In this document: positions 21,077-30,621 of the stretch, one piece after another
Layout of the letters: each line of letters starts with the position of its first letter
How positions within the stretch are numbered: position 1 is the stretch's first letter
NCBI GenBank assembly: GCA_977020255.1
Contig: CDROCS010001143.1
Coordinates: 248,001 to 312,000, forward strand
Reading direction: 5' to 3'
Source of the DNA: Obrimoposthia wandeli
Lineage: Eukaryota
Length of the DNA stretch: 64,000 nt
Position numbers and translations under genes: made by a program
The notes under the pieces: generated by a model
What the model was told of the DNA's origin: nothing
Database searches by the model: none
The model's input: the letters and a program-made list of their open reading frames with translations, nothing else

Positions 21077-22418
21077 TAAGATAACTCTTAAAAATATTCA
21101 GGCGATTACAAGCTTAGAGGTTGAGTTTACTTTTCCGGAATCAAAATTTTTGGTAGTTACAGGTAAGAATGGGCTCGGTAAGACATCGATTGTGAAAGCT
21201 TTTCATTTATTGAACGACCCTCAAATATTTGAAAAGTCGGCTGGTTTAAATTCCGTAAAAAAGTATAGTGAAATATGTTTTGAAATTGACGGATTTGAAA
21301 CTTTTAGTTTTAATGCAAATAATCCAAAAATGGTTTTAGATTCTCGCGATAGACTACCGAACATTGATAAAGTTATCGCAGAGTTGCCAATACCATATGG
21401 AAAACGATTTGAGCAGTTTTCCTTGATCGCTAGTCATGACAATGAGATTAGAAACAGCATAGCCGCAACACAATATAAAGATGCTAGCGACTTAATTTCT
21501 TTTTTATCTGAAGTTTATTCATCGAAAAAATTTGGTGAACTTAAAGAAATCAGTATTGGTAAAAATATTTTTTACATCATTTTAATGCCTGAAGATAATT
21601 ATGTGCGAGAAGACCATTTTAGTTCCGGAGAATTCTTTCTGATACAGCTTTATCGGTTGGTAACATCGGGAGCGATGCTGGTTTTAGTTGATGAGTTAGA
21701 TATAGCACTGGATGCTGCCGCACAAGTTAGACTATATACTGCAATTAAATCACTACTCGAAAAATACCAAACACGGTTGATTGCAGTATCTCACTCTTTG
21801 GCATTTATGAGCACTGTTGATGATGGCGGTTTGTATTATTTGGAAGAAGCTGAAGAACAAGTTACTTTAGAACAGCGATCATTCGGTTACATTAAGTCAG
21901 ATTTATATGGATTTAAAGGCTTTGATCGTTATATCTTGACAGAAGATCCCGTATTGGAAGGTTTTATAGAATTTATCATCATGCATTTCTCAATAACCCC
22001 GTACTTTCAACATAAAACAATTGGCGTAGGGGGAGTTAATCAACTTCGTATGCTAGTAGATAAAAATGATCGCGAGCATATATTTACTGACTCCAAAAAC
22101 GTTATGGCTATTGCCGATAAAGATGTTATTTCTGAACTTCTAAGTGAATATAACGGAGAAACCACAATTTTCTGTTCTCCTGTGGAAGATTTGGAGTTAT
22201 TCATTTTCGAAAATCGTCTTACATTGCTTGCCGAAGTTGAATTGCCAGCTTACAAGGAATCAAGCACGTCTAAAAAGGCCTCCAAAACCTATTGGAAGTA
22301 CCTAACCGTTGATAAAGCTATTAGCGTGAATGAACTTTATCAGTTAATTGTAAATAACAACCAAGACGAAGCGCAGCTGTTTGCTGGTAAAATTCAGCAG
22401 TTTTTGGTAAAAAATTGA
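21066..22418 (+). CDS. ABC ATPase-TOPRIM fusion (OLD-like retron effector)
   Basis: GKNGLGKT, FSSGE, VLVDE, ALD, SH switch; TOPRIM ILTED, GVGG, IADKD; ATG at 21066 overlaps the RT stop. Confidence 0.82.
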   Translation: MFHDKITLKNIQAITSLEVEFTFPESKFLVVTGKNGLGKTSIVKAFHLLNDPQIFEKSAGLNSVKKYSEICFEIDGFETFSFNANNPKMVLDSRDRLPNIDKVIAELPIPYGKRFEQFSLIASHDNEIRNSIAATQYKDASDLISFLSEVYSSKKFGELKEISIGKNIFYIILMPEDNYVREDHFSSGEFFLIQLYRLVTSGAMLVLVDELDIALDAAAQVRLYTAIKSLLEKYQTRLIAVSHSLAFMSTVDDGGLYYLEEAEEQVTLEQRSFGYIKSDLYGFKGFDRYILTEDPVLEGFIEFIIMHFSITPYFQHKTIGVGGVNQLRMLVDKNDREHIFTDSKNVMAIADKDVISELLSEYNGETTIFCSPVEDLELFIFENRLTLLAEVELPAYKESSTSKKASKTYWKYLTVDKAISVNELYQLIVNNNQDEAQLFAGKIQQFLVKN

Positions 22419-22440
22419 CATATGTGCGAAAAAGCATGGG

Positions 22441-22483
22441 TCAGGTCTTTCCTTTTGACTAAAGAGCAAGAAGAAAGACCTGA
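22441..22483. terminator. Hairpin after the retron operon
   Basis: TCAGGTCTTTC...GAAAGACCTGA 11-bp stem. Confidence 0.45.
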
Positions 22484-22568
22484 TAATCATGTAGTAGTTT
22501 CCTCCGAGCCAGCGTTAAAATATGAAGTTCTCACCACCCATGTTTAATGCCCACTGGAGAAAACTACT

Positions 22569-22770
22569 ATGAGACTATATGGTGGAATTGATCTACATTC
22601 AAATAATTGTGTGTTCGCTATTTGTAATCAAGAGGGAGCAAATGTTTCTCACTAGAAATTACCTAACGAGCTAAATTTCATCTTGCAGTTTTTAGCGCCA
22701 TTTAAAGATCAATTAGTGGGGCTTGTTGTAGAGTCAACGTTTAATTGGTATTGGCTGGTTGAAGAAACCA
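22569..22770 (+). pseudogene. IS110-family transposase N-terminal relic
   Basis: Hand translation MRLYGGIDLHSNN...(stop)...VVESTFNWYWLVE. Confidence 0.75.
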
Positions 22771-22989
22771 AAGGACAGGCAAATATTATTCTAAATAAAC
22801 AAAAGCTCCTCCACCATCAAATTTATACAGACAGCATCTGATTATTAATTAAAATGAAATTGCTCGGATGATCTCTTACCCCTTGCCTAGAGTCCTTTAA
22901 AAACAACAAGCATTATACTTTATCAGTTTTTCGGCATACACTGGTTTATCTCCAATATGATTAGGTAGGAAATAATTTAGCAATTTAGG

Positions 22990-24046
22990 CTATGCCTTGA
23001 TTCAACCTTATTTTTAGCTTTACTGGCATATTCACGCAACTTATCGCGACAGCCTACCGCACGACTGAATTGATGAGCAATTTTAGCTGCATTGCTTTTT
23101 ACACCAATGCTCTGTATCTATCCCTTGCCGTGTCAGTATCGCAGGCAACTGATCGTCAATTGAACTCAAGTACCTGCCCTTATCACCTGCCACTCCAATC
23201 AACTAACTCTAGATATTCTGATAGTGATAAGGTATTTAATTCCTTGAAGGTAATCGTCCTCTAATAGAAAATCTTTAAGTGACAACTCTCTTGGCCCTTG
23301 CTCTAAATTTGCCCCTTTAAGGTGATTATCTGTTTGTTTTTGACCATTAATGTGTTGTTTTATCGAAGTAAATTCTGATGACTCCGGTGTTTCAGCCACC
23401 TTGGCGCGGATAGGGTTTAGTTCTACGTAGGCCATACAAGTTAATAGTGCTTGTTCATCTAACAAGGCTTGGCTTTTAAATCTTCCTTCCCACTAATTTT
23501 AATGGATAAAATTGAACAGCTTTAGCTGGCCCGAAGGGTGAACGCCATGGATGGCAGCGAATTAAAATGACCAGTGCAATTATCTTCAACATTTGCTTTA
23601 CGTGCGATGTGCTCATTTAGGCTCTTCATGAACCATGAAATATCTTCTAAGCGGTTACGCCATTTATCGACAATTTCGGCGATCAATCCACCCTGTTCTT
23701 TAGATAAATCTTCGCCATTAACAAAGCGCTGTATTATGTCATGGCCTACATATATTTTGCGCCAACGATCGATCACTTCTAAATCTGTGAGCGCGTCTAC
23801 CTCTAATTTATTTATATATAGAACAAGATGATAATGATTCGACATGATTGCATAGGCGCAAATGTCAATACAGAAAACTGTTTCTATCTCTGCCAATCGT
23901 TCTAACATCCATTGTCGACGATGCTCATAATCTTGCTGGGTGGATTGGTCAAAACCACAGAGGAAAGCCTTCCTAACAGCACGTGATATGCAGTGATAGT
24001 AAGGGGTGTCTTGGCAACAAATTTGCTGCGCACGGGCACGAGTCAT
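22990..24046 (-). pseudogene. Y1 HUH / RAYT-like transposase, interrupted
   Basis: YYHCISR, AYAIMSNHYHLV (HUH), GHF|[22 protein letters not shown]; 71-bp insert plus distal frameshifts; 3' limit approximate. Confidence 0.85.
23493..23563 (-). mobile_element. 71-bp four-hairpin element inserted in the transposase
   Basis: Lies exactly between the Phe and Trp codons of GHFWEGRF; no target duplication. Confidence 0.75.
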
Positions 24047-24503
24047 AGAACCTCCCGATCAGAGGTCGCCACCTCTGAATTTAATTTTAAGTGACTACAA
24101 CACTACTCTTTTTATTATTAATTTTCAGTTATACATGCCTGTCCTTGCATGATGTCCGCATATATACTCTAAGGCGCTAACGCCTCCATAGCGACTTATA
24201 AAATATTTTTCATTATTCTATAAACGAGCGGCCAAAATCACTGTGGCACTACAGTTTTCCTTGTTACTCTAATTTAGGCTCTCAATAAACCAACGCTAAT
24301 GTTGGAATTAACCTCCCATCAACCAAGCCAAATATAATTATGGTAAGAATGATCCATAATGATTTGGTTTTATAGCCCTGTCCTGTATTCCTGTTTCCTT
24401 TATTATTACATTATCAAGAGCGCTAGTTCGGTTGATCAATCAATAATGTTCAACTTTGAAATAATAGCGTTAGCATTTATAAAAACATTATTTTGGAGTA
24501 AAC

Positions 24504-25165
24504 ATGACACATCAAATCATAAAAGATCTAAACAGTCGTTATACCGCTAAGAAGTACGATTCATCTAAACGTATTTCAGCCGTTAACATGGACGTACTAA
24601 AGGAAGCAATCCGTTTATCAGCCTCTTCTATTAATTCTCAACCTTGGAAATTCATAATAATTGAAAGTGATCAAGCGAAACAACGTTTTCATAATACTTT
24701 TGCTAATAAATATCAGTTTAATCAACATCATGCGAAAGAAGCATCGCATACGATTATATTTGCCAATAATCCTAATTTTATTAAAGACGACTACAAGAAA
24801 GTCGTTGACGTTGAAGTTGCATCAGGTCATCTACCAGAAGAAATGTATGACAATATGTTAAATGGTGGTTTCACTTTTGCCGAATCTAACACCGATAAAA
24901 CTGGTTTTAATGGGCACTGGACAAAAGCACAGACATATATCGCATTAGGTAATACTTTGCACACACTTGCGCGTTTGGGGATTGATTCTACGCCAATGGA
25001 AGGTGTGGATGCAGATCTTATTGAAGCAAGAGTTTGTTACGAGTTGGATTTGGTTACAAGATCTGACTGGTTCTTGCAATAGGTTATCACTGTGAAGCTG
25101 AAGATTATAATAATGGTCTTCCAAAAGCACGTTTGGCTACTCAAGACGTATTCACTGTTCTTTAA
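24504..25165 (+). CDS. NfsB-like nitroreductase (C-terminal frameshift)
   Basis: RYTAKKYD, SASSINSQPW, DSTPMEG; C-terminus GYH..EDYNNGLPKARL in another frame ending 25165. Confidence 0.85.
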
Positions 25166-25357
25166 GCTCAGTGAAAATAGCCAGGTACTAATCTAGCTTT
25201 CTTGTCTGTCGCTTTTAATTTAAAAAAATGTGACTTAATTCAATGGCAACGATATTTCTTAAGAAGCATCGGCTATCCAACGTTGCACTAGAGCTCTAAT
25301 TCGCAGTCATTGAAATAGAAAGAAAGATGAATTTTATAAAACAACAAAGAGAAAGTG

Positions 25358-26196
25358 ATGAAAAAGCTATTGATTATATTGCTATTTACAGTGAGTTCAG
25401 TCGTTACTGGCCAAGTCGTTGAGCCTACATTCAATAATATTGAAGTAACTAAGTAACAGAATGTTTTATTACTGAGTATCAATGTACCACCTCGTAATAC
25501 GGTTTCAAAAGCCGTACTAGCGGAGATCAATACAGGGCTTAATTTAGCTGAAAGTGATGAAAATATTGGCGCGGTTGTTATTACAGGAACAAATAAAGTT
25601 TTCTCAACGGGTGCGGCAGACATAACAAAGAAGCTGTGGTAAAGGTGAATGACGTATGTTGCACAGCCATAATTATAACCGCATCGAAGAATTTCGAGTT
25701 TATGATCGCTGTACTGGGTATGGGCGTGTAAGGTATAATGAGCTTGTCTTGCGATATTCGAATCGCTGGGGAAAGTGCTCAGTTCCGCCAGCACGAACTC
25801 CAAGCAGGGTTGATTCCTGGTTTTGGCGGAATGCAAAGGCTTCCACGCTTAGTGGGGCAAAGTCGTGCCATGGAAATGATGCTAACAGGTCGTTATGTCG
25901 GATCTGTTGAAGCGCTTTCTATTGGTTTAGTGACCACTGTTGTTTCTGATTCTGAAGTTGTTTTAAAAGCGGTTAGTTTAGGCCAGCAATTAAATGACAA
26001 CCTAAATAAGAAAGCCCTTGCACAGTTTAAAAAACGTATGGCACTTTCTTATAGTGAGACTTTTAAAGAGGCACTTATCAATGATCAACTTACCTTTGAT
26101 GAACTTGCAACTACCCCCGATATACATTTCGCTATAACAAAGTTTATAGAAAAGCAAAAAATAATGAAAAGTAAAATTGCATTAGAAGGCTTTTAA
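25358..26196 (+). pseudogene. Signal-peptide-bearing enoyl-CoA hydratase paralog 1, disrupted
   Basis: Hand translation MKKLLIILLFTVSSVVTGQ..., in-frame TAA at codon 33, INVPPRN, VITG, then CDIRIAGESAQFRQHELQAGLIPGFGGMQRL. Confidence 0.8.
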
Positions 26197-26275
26197 TTCC
26201 AATTAAGAATTCTACAACTGCATATAGAAATAGTATTAATTACCAGGTCGATTAAAAATATAAAGGAAAAGAACC

Positions 26276-26899
26276 ATGCAAAATAAAATTGTTAAATTTA
26301 ATGTAAAACCTGATCAGTGTGACGCTTTTAAAAGCGCTCTTATTGAACATAAAGAAAACACTCAAAAAGAGACTGGTCTCGATAAAATGAGAATTTATCG
26401 TGATGATCAAAACACTAATTTGTTTTTTATTTATGAGCGCTTTCAAGATAAAGCGGCCGTTGATTATCACATTAACCAACCTTATACGATTAAGTTTGGT
26501 GAAGGTTTAGCTGGAGTATTAGAAACACCCGTTGAAGTATTCAATCTAGGTGAAACAAACCCACTTCCTGCTCCTCTTCGTGATGCTAATCCTGAAGATG
26601 AATTATTCAATATTATCTTTATTTTTAAAATTAAAGAGGGGTTCCATAAACCTTTATTAGATCAATTTGAAGAGCATGTTACATCAACTCGAAGAGAAGA
26701 AGATGCTAACTTATTGTTTGAATTATATACGGTTGAAGGTGATGACAATACGCTTGCTGTTTACGAGCACTGGAGAAATGAATCTGCTGTTTGGGATATC
26801 CACTTTAGCCAACCATATTCAAAAATAACAGGTGCGTTAATGGAAGAAGCTGTTGTGGGTGATATGAAACAATACATGAACTTCGTGACTGAACTTTAA
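26276..26899 (+). CDS. Tandem ABM (quinol monooxygenase/LsrG-like) domain protein
   Basis: Two ferredoxin-like repeats with YERF...H...PY and YEHW...H..QPY. Confidence 0.8.
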   Translation: MQNKIVKFNVKPDQCDAFKSALIEHKENTQKETGLDKMRIYRDDQNTNLFFIYERFQDKAAVDYHINQPYTIKFGEGLAGVLETPVEVFNLGETNPLPAPLRDANPEDELFNIIFIFKIKEGFHKPLLDQFEEHVTSTRREEDANLLFELYTVEGDDNTLAVYEHWRNESAVWDIHFSQPYSKITGALMEEAVVGDMKQYMNFVTEL

Positions 26900-26986
26900 A
26901 ACTGAATTTTAAAACAATAAGCCCTGTTAAGTAGAGCATCTTATAGCAGGGTTTATCTAATTTAAATAACTTTAAGGAATTAAAAA

Positions 26987-27298
26987 ATGACTGCTTATTT
27001 TATTGTTACCTACGACGTTGCCGATCCAGAGCAATATGCTCAATATAACCCAGGCTCAAATCACATCACCGGTGGTACTGTCGCTAAACATGGTGGTGAA
27101 ATTATTGTTGCAACCAATGACGTCATTAGATTGCAGGGGGCTGATACTGCGATGAAAGTGATTATTCAATTTCCAAGCCGTGAAGCGGCTCAAGCATGGG
27201 ATAACGATCCGGAATATGCACCCGCTAAAGCGATCCGTTTAGCTTCAACCAAGAATATAAATGCTTTCATTGTTGATAAACTTGTCATGCCAAGTTAA
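26987..27298 (+). CDS. DUF1330 protein
   Basis: AYFIV.YDV.DPEQY, IIQFPSREAAQAW...EY..AK..R. Confidence 0.85.
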   Translation: MTAYFIVTYDVADPEQYAQYNPGSNHITGGTVAKHGGEIIVATNDVIRLQGADTAMKVIIQFPSREAAQAWDNDPEYAPAKAIRLASTKNINAFIVDKLVMPS

Positions 27299-27342
27299 AC
27301 AATTTTGATTTGGATGAAACGTATTATAAAAAGGAAAGGGAA

Positions 27343-29160
27343 ATGAAAATTTTTACGTTGATAGCTTTGTTATGTAGTAGTTTATTAGCAGGTTGTGTTT
27401 CAAATGATCAAGTTGTAGACAATACACTGGAAGTACAAGGTGGTGATTTTTCGCTAACAAAAAAATGGGAAACATCAGGGTTTAAAATGCCTGAATCAGT
27501 CTTTGCTTCACCTGAGCACCCTTGGTTATATATCTCCAATGTTAACGGTGCAGAGCCTGGCTTTATCAGTCGCGTCGCAAAAGATGGGACGATTGATGAC
27601 CTAGAGTGGGTTACGGGGCTAATTTCGCCAACAGGCTCTGATTTATATAAAAATAAATTATATGTTGCCGATGCAAAACAGTTACATGCAATTGATGTAT
27701 CGACAGGGGAAATAACAAACAGTTATAGCGCGGATAGTGCTATCTCACTTAATGATGTAGCAATTGATCAGAAAACGGGTGATGTATATGTTTCTGATGT
27801 TCCTGGTGGAAAGGTTTATCGTCTCAAAGATGGGGAGCTAACTGTTTGGTTTGAATCTTCTGAAATTCCTTACCCTAATGGTGTACTCGTACAAGGTGAT
27901 TATTTACTTGTAGCCAACTATGCGACTAAAAATGGCAAAGGTCTTATGCGTCAGCAGTGGGGGTCTGAAGATCTTGGTACTTTGTATAAAGTCGATATTA
28001 AAACAAAAGCGTTGTTTAGTGTTCCATCCTCAGTCCAAAAAGGCGGTTATGATGGGGTGGTTGAATTTCGTGGTGTATTAATGGCAAGCAGTAATCCTAC
28101 AGGTCAAATTATTACTTTCGAAGGTGATAAAAGTTATTTGATCGATAGCACTGATAGAGGTATCGCTGACATCAATACAGATGGTCAAACGATCTATGCT
28201 CCTTATCTTTTTAATAATAAATTAATTGCTTTTGAGCCTGTTGCTTGGGATCGAATTAAAACGAAAAAAGAGTATTTAGAAAAAGGAGCCGACAACTACT
28301 ATGGCGATGCTGCCGGGAAGTCTATTGCTACGCATGATGGCATCATCAAAGGACTCTTTGGTGGTCAGAAACTAACGGGAACTTGGAATTGGGAAGGTGA
28401 ATACTTCTGTAGAACGAGCATGTTAGGCAAAATGGATTTAGGTTCTGATTGTATCCAGATTGATGTAACAGATAACAAAATGCGTTTGATTTTAAATAAA
28501 GGTAAAGGCATGTCAGTCGTTTATGACAAAAAAAATGATACGACGATACAAATGATAGGCCGATTTCATTTAAAATCAGAAGGCCGAGCTAAGTTTAAAT
28601 CTGCTATGTTGGAGGTTGTTAACGGTACAGTAAATGAACCAGGCGCCCAGGCTATTCGTATGTTCGAAGACAAAAAAGATTCTAACCTTCTCTTTGGTTA
28701 TGAGCGGTTCAATGATTTTAGTGCGGTAGAAGATCACCGAAAACAACCTTATGAACTTGCTTTGATTGAAGTTGCTGGCACTACACTGGTGGCGCCTCCG
28801 GTTGCTTATGTATTTGGTCCTGCCATTACTCAAGAGTTGCGCGCGTCTGATGAACGAAAAATCGATCCAAGTGAACTTTATGTCGTGGCATTATTTGATA
28901 TAAAACCAAACCAATTCGATCGCGTTGTAGAGCAATATAAAAAGCAAATTCCTAATGTACGTAAGCATGAAGGTAATATTTCGTTTAATGCCTACTCTGT
29001 TATTGATAACCCAACGCAGTTAGTTGTTGTCGAATGGTGGAAATCTGCTGAAGTAGCGAGGGGGTTCTCTACTAACGACTCTCTTTCTATAGAAACCGGC
29101 AAGATTCTTACGGAGTCACTTGAGCGTCCTATTCCCGGAGTATCTGGCTTACTGAATTAA
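27343..29160 (+). CDS. Lipoprotein: SMP-30/gluconolactonase-like propeller + small beta domain + two ABM domains
   Basis: Lipobox LAGC; PES, LNDV, PNGV propeller blades; GTWNWEGEYFCR...DC module; two C-terminal ABM repeats. Confidence 0.7.
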   Translation: MKIFTLIALLCSSLLAGCVSNDQVVDNTLEVQGGDFSLTKKWETSGFKMPESVFASPEHPWLYISNVNGAEPGFISRVAKDGTIDDLEWVTGLISPTGSDLYKNKLYVADAKQLHAIDVSTGEITNSYSADSAISLNDVAIDQKTGDVYVSDVPGGKVYRLKDGELTVWFESSEIPYPNGVLVQGDYLLVANYATKNGKGLMRQQWGSEDLGTLYKVDIKTKALFSVPSSVQKGGYDGVVEFRGVLMASSNPTGQIITFEGDKSYLIDSTDRGIADINTDGQTIYAPYLFNNKLIAFEPVAWDRIKTKKEYLEKGADNYYGDAAGKSIATHDGIIKGLFGGQKLTGTWNWEGEYFCRTSMLGKMDLGSDCIQIDVTDNKMRLILNKGKGMSVVYDKKNDTTIQMIGRFHLKSEGRAKFKSAMLEVVNGTVNEPGAQAIRMFEDKKDSNLLFGYERFNDFSAVEDHRKQPYELALIEVAGTTLVAPPVAYVFGPAITQELRASDERKIDPSELYVVALFDIKPNQFDRVVEQYKKQIPNVRKHEGNISFNAYSVIDNPTQLVVVEWWKSAEVARGFSTNDSLSIETGKILTESLERPIPGVSGLLN

Positions 29161-29379
29161 GGCGGGAGGTAAATCTCATGCGAAAAAGTTGGCATTGAAG
29201 TTTGAGGAGTCCGCTATAAGCCTCACTTGTGTAATGCCACTCAAATGACAAAAACAAACTCCTTGTTTAAAAAGACTTAATGGAAGACTCATCGCAGAAG
29301 ACGCATTAAGCGTTGTTGTTTATACAACAACGTGAAAACTCAACAAAATAATAAAGTTATAAATAAGGTAAGGAATACA

Positions 29380-30522
29380 ATGAGAATTATCAAAAACAAT
29401 AAGCTAATGACGATACTGATCTTGAGTACTAGTCTACTATGTAGCCAAATAATGGCTAAAGAGCAAGTCAAAAATGAAGCTTATGCTACTTTTGATCAAG
29501 CAGTCGCTGGAATCGCTTACACTTCAGATGAACGTCTTATATTAACTTATCATCCTTTTTATAACCCAAAGATAAAAGTCGCAGAGCGTTTAGATAATGG
29601 CGAGATAGTTGCATTTCCAAACATGGCAATGCAAACGGCCTATAAAGACGATGGTAGCTTAAAGAATCCAGGTGAGTATTTTAACTGGGTTTTAAGTTCA
29701 AGAACTGATGGTAAAGGAACTCTTTGGATTTTAGATTCTGGTCAAGCTGAGCCAAGAATTACGCCAAAACTTGTTGCATGGGATTTAAAAAATAATAAGC
29801 TTAAAAAAATCATATATCTGCCTGATGGCGTGACACTTCCTGAGTCACAGCATAATGACTTTGCAATCTCTAATAAACATAATTTGATTGTTATTTCTGA
29901 CGAAGGTATTGCAACAGGTCCGATTGGTGACAAAGCAGCCCTTGTTGTAATCAATACCGAAACAGGTCAGAGCCGACGTGTTCTTCAAGGTACAGAGAAT
30001 GTATTGCCTAAGATGGATATGCCAATGGTAATGGATAAAGGCACTCAATACGAAAAATCAGTAGATTTATTCATTGGTGTCGATGGAATTGCCTTAGATA
30101 AACAACAACATTGGTTATACTTTACACCTGTAAATAATACAGAGGTGTTTAGAATTAACATTGCTGAATTGGCTGATTTCTCCCAAAGTAATAAAGCGCT
30201 CGAAGCAAAGGTTGAAAAATATGCTGATAAACCGATGAATGGTGGATTAACGATTGATTCTGAGGGCAATCTTTATTTGTGTGAAATTGGAACACGTACC
30301 ATTGGTGTGATTCCTGCTGATACGCGTAAATATCGAGCCTTTACTTCGGATGATGCCATGGTCTGGCCAGATGGTATTAATGCAGGTCCAGATGGATATT
30401 TATATACTTCTGCTGCACAAATATCACTGTCTGCACCATTTAATCAGGGTAAAAGCTTCAATAAAGCGCCATACACTCTTTATCGTTTTAAACCGCTCGC
30501 TAAGCCATTAATGGGTCGCTAG
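29380..30522 (+). CDS. Major royal jelly protein/Yellow (L-dopachrome tautomerase-related) family, exported
   Basis: Signal peptide; LWILDSG, PKLVAWDL, VDGIALD, WPDG. Confidence 0.8.
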   Translation: MRIIKNNKLMTILILSTSLLCSQIMAKEQVKNEAYATFDQAVAGIAYTSDERLILTYHPFYNPKIKVAERLDNGEIVAFPNMAMQTAYKDDGSLKNPGEYFNWVLSSRTDGKGTLWILDSGQAEPRITPKLVAWDLKNNKLKKIIYLPDGVTLPESQHNDFAISNKHNLIVISDEGIATGPIGDKAALVVINTETGQSRRVLQGTENVLPKMDMPMVMDKGTQYEKSVDLFIGVDGIALDKQQHWLYFTPVNNTEVFRINIAELADFSQSNKALEAKVEKYADKPMNGGLTIDSEGNLYLCEIGTRTIGVIPADTRKYRAFTSDDAMVWPDGINAGPDGYLYTSAAQISLSAPFNQGKSFNKAPYTLYRFKPLAKPLMGR

Positions 30523-30621
30523 GTTTAAATAGATTGATGGTGATTGGTTGCATATTTAGCAATCAGGCATCATCAATTTTAATACGTTAACCCATCCTAA
30601 AAAATATCCCAGAGAGATAAT

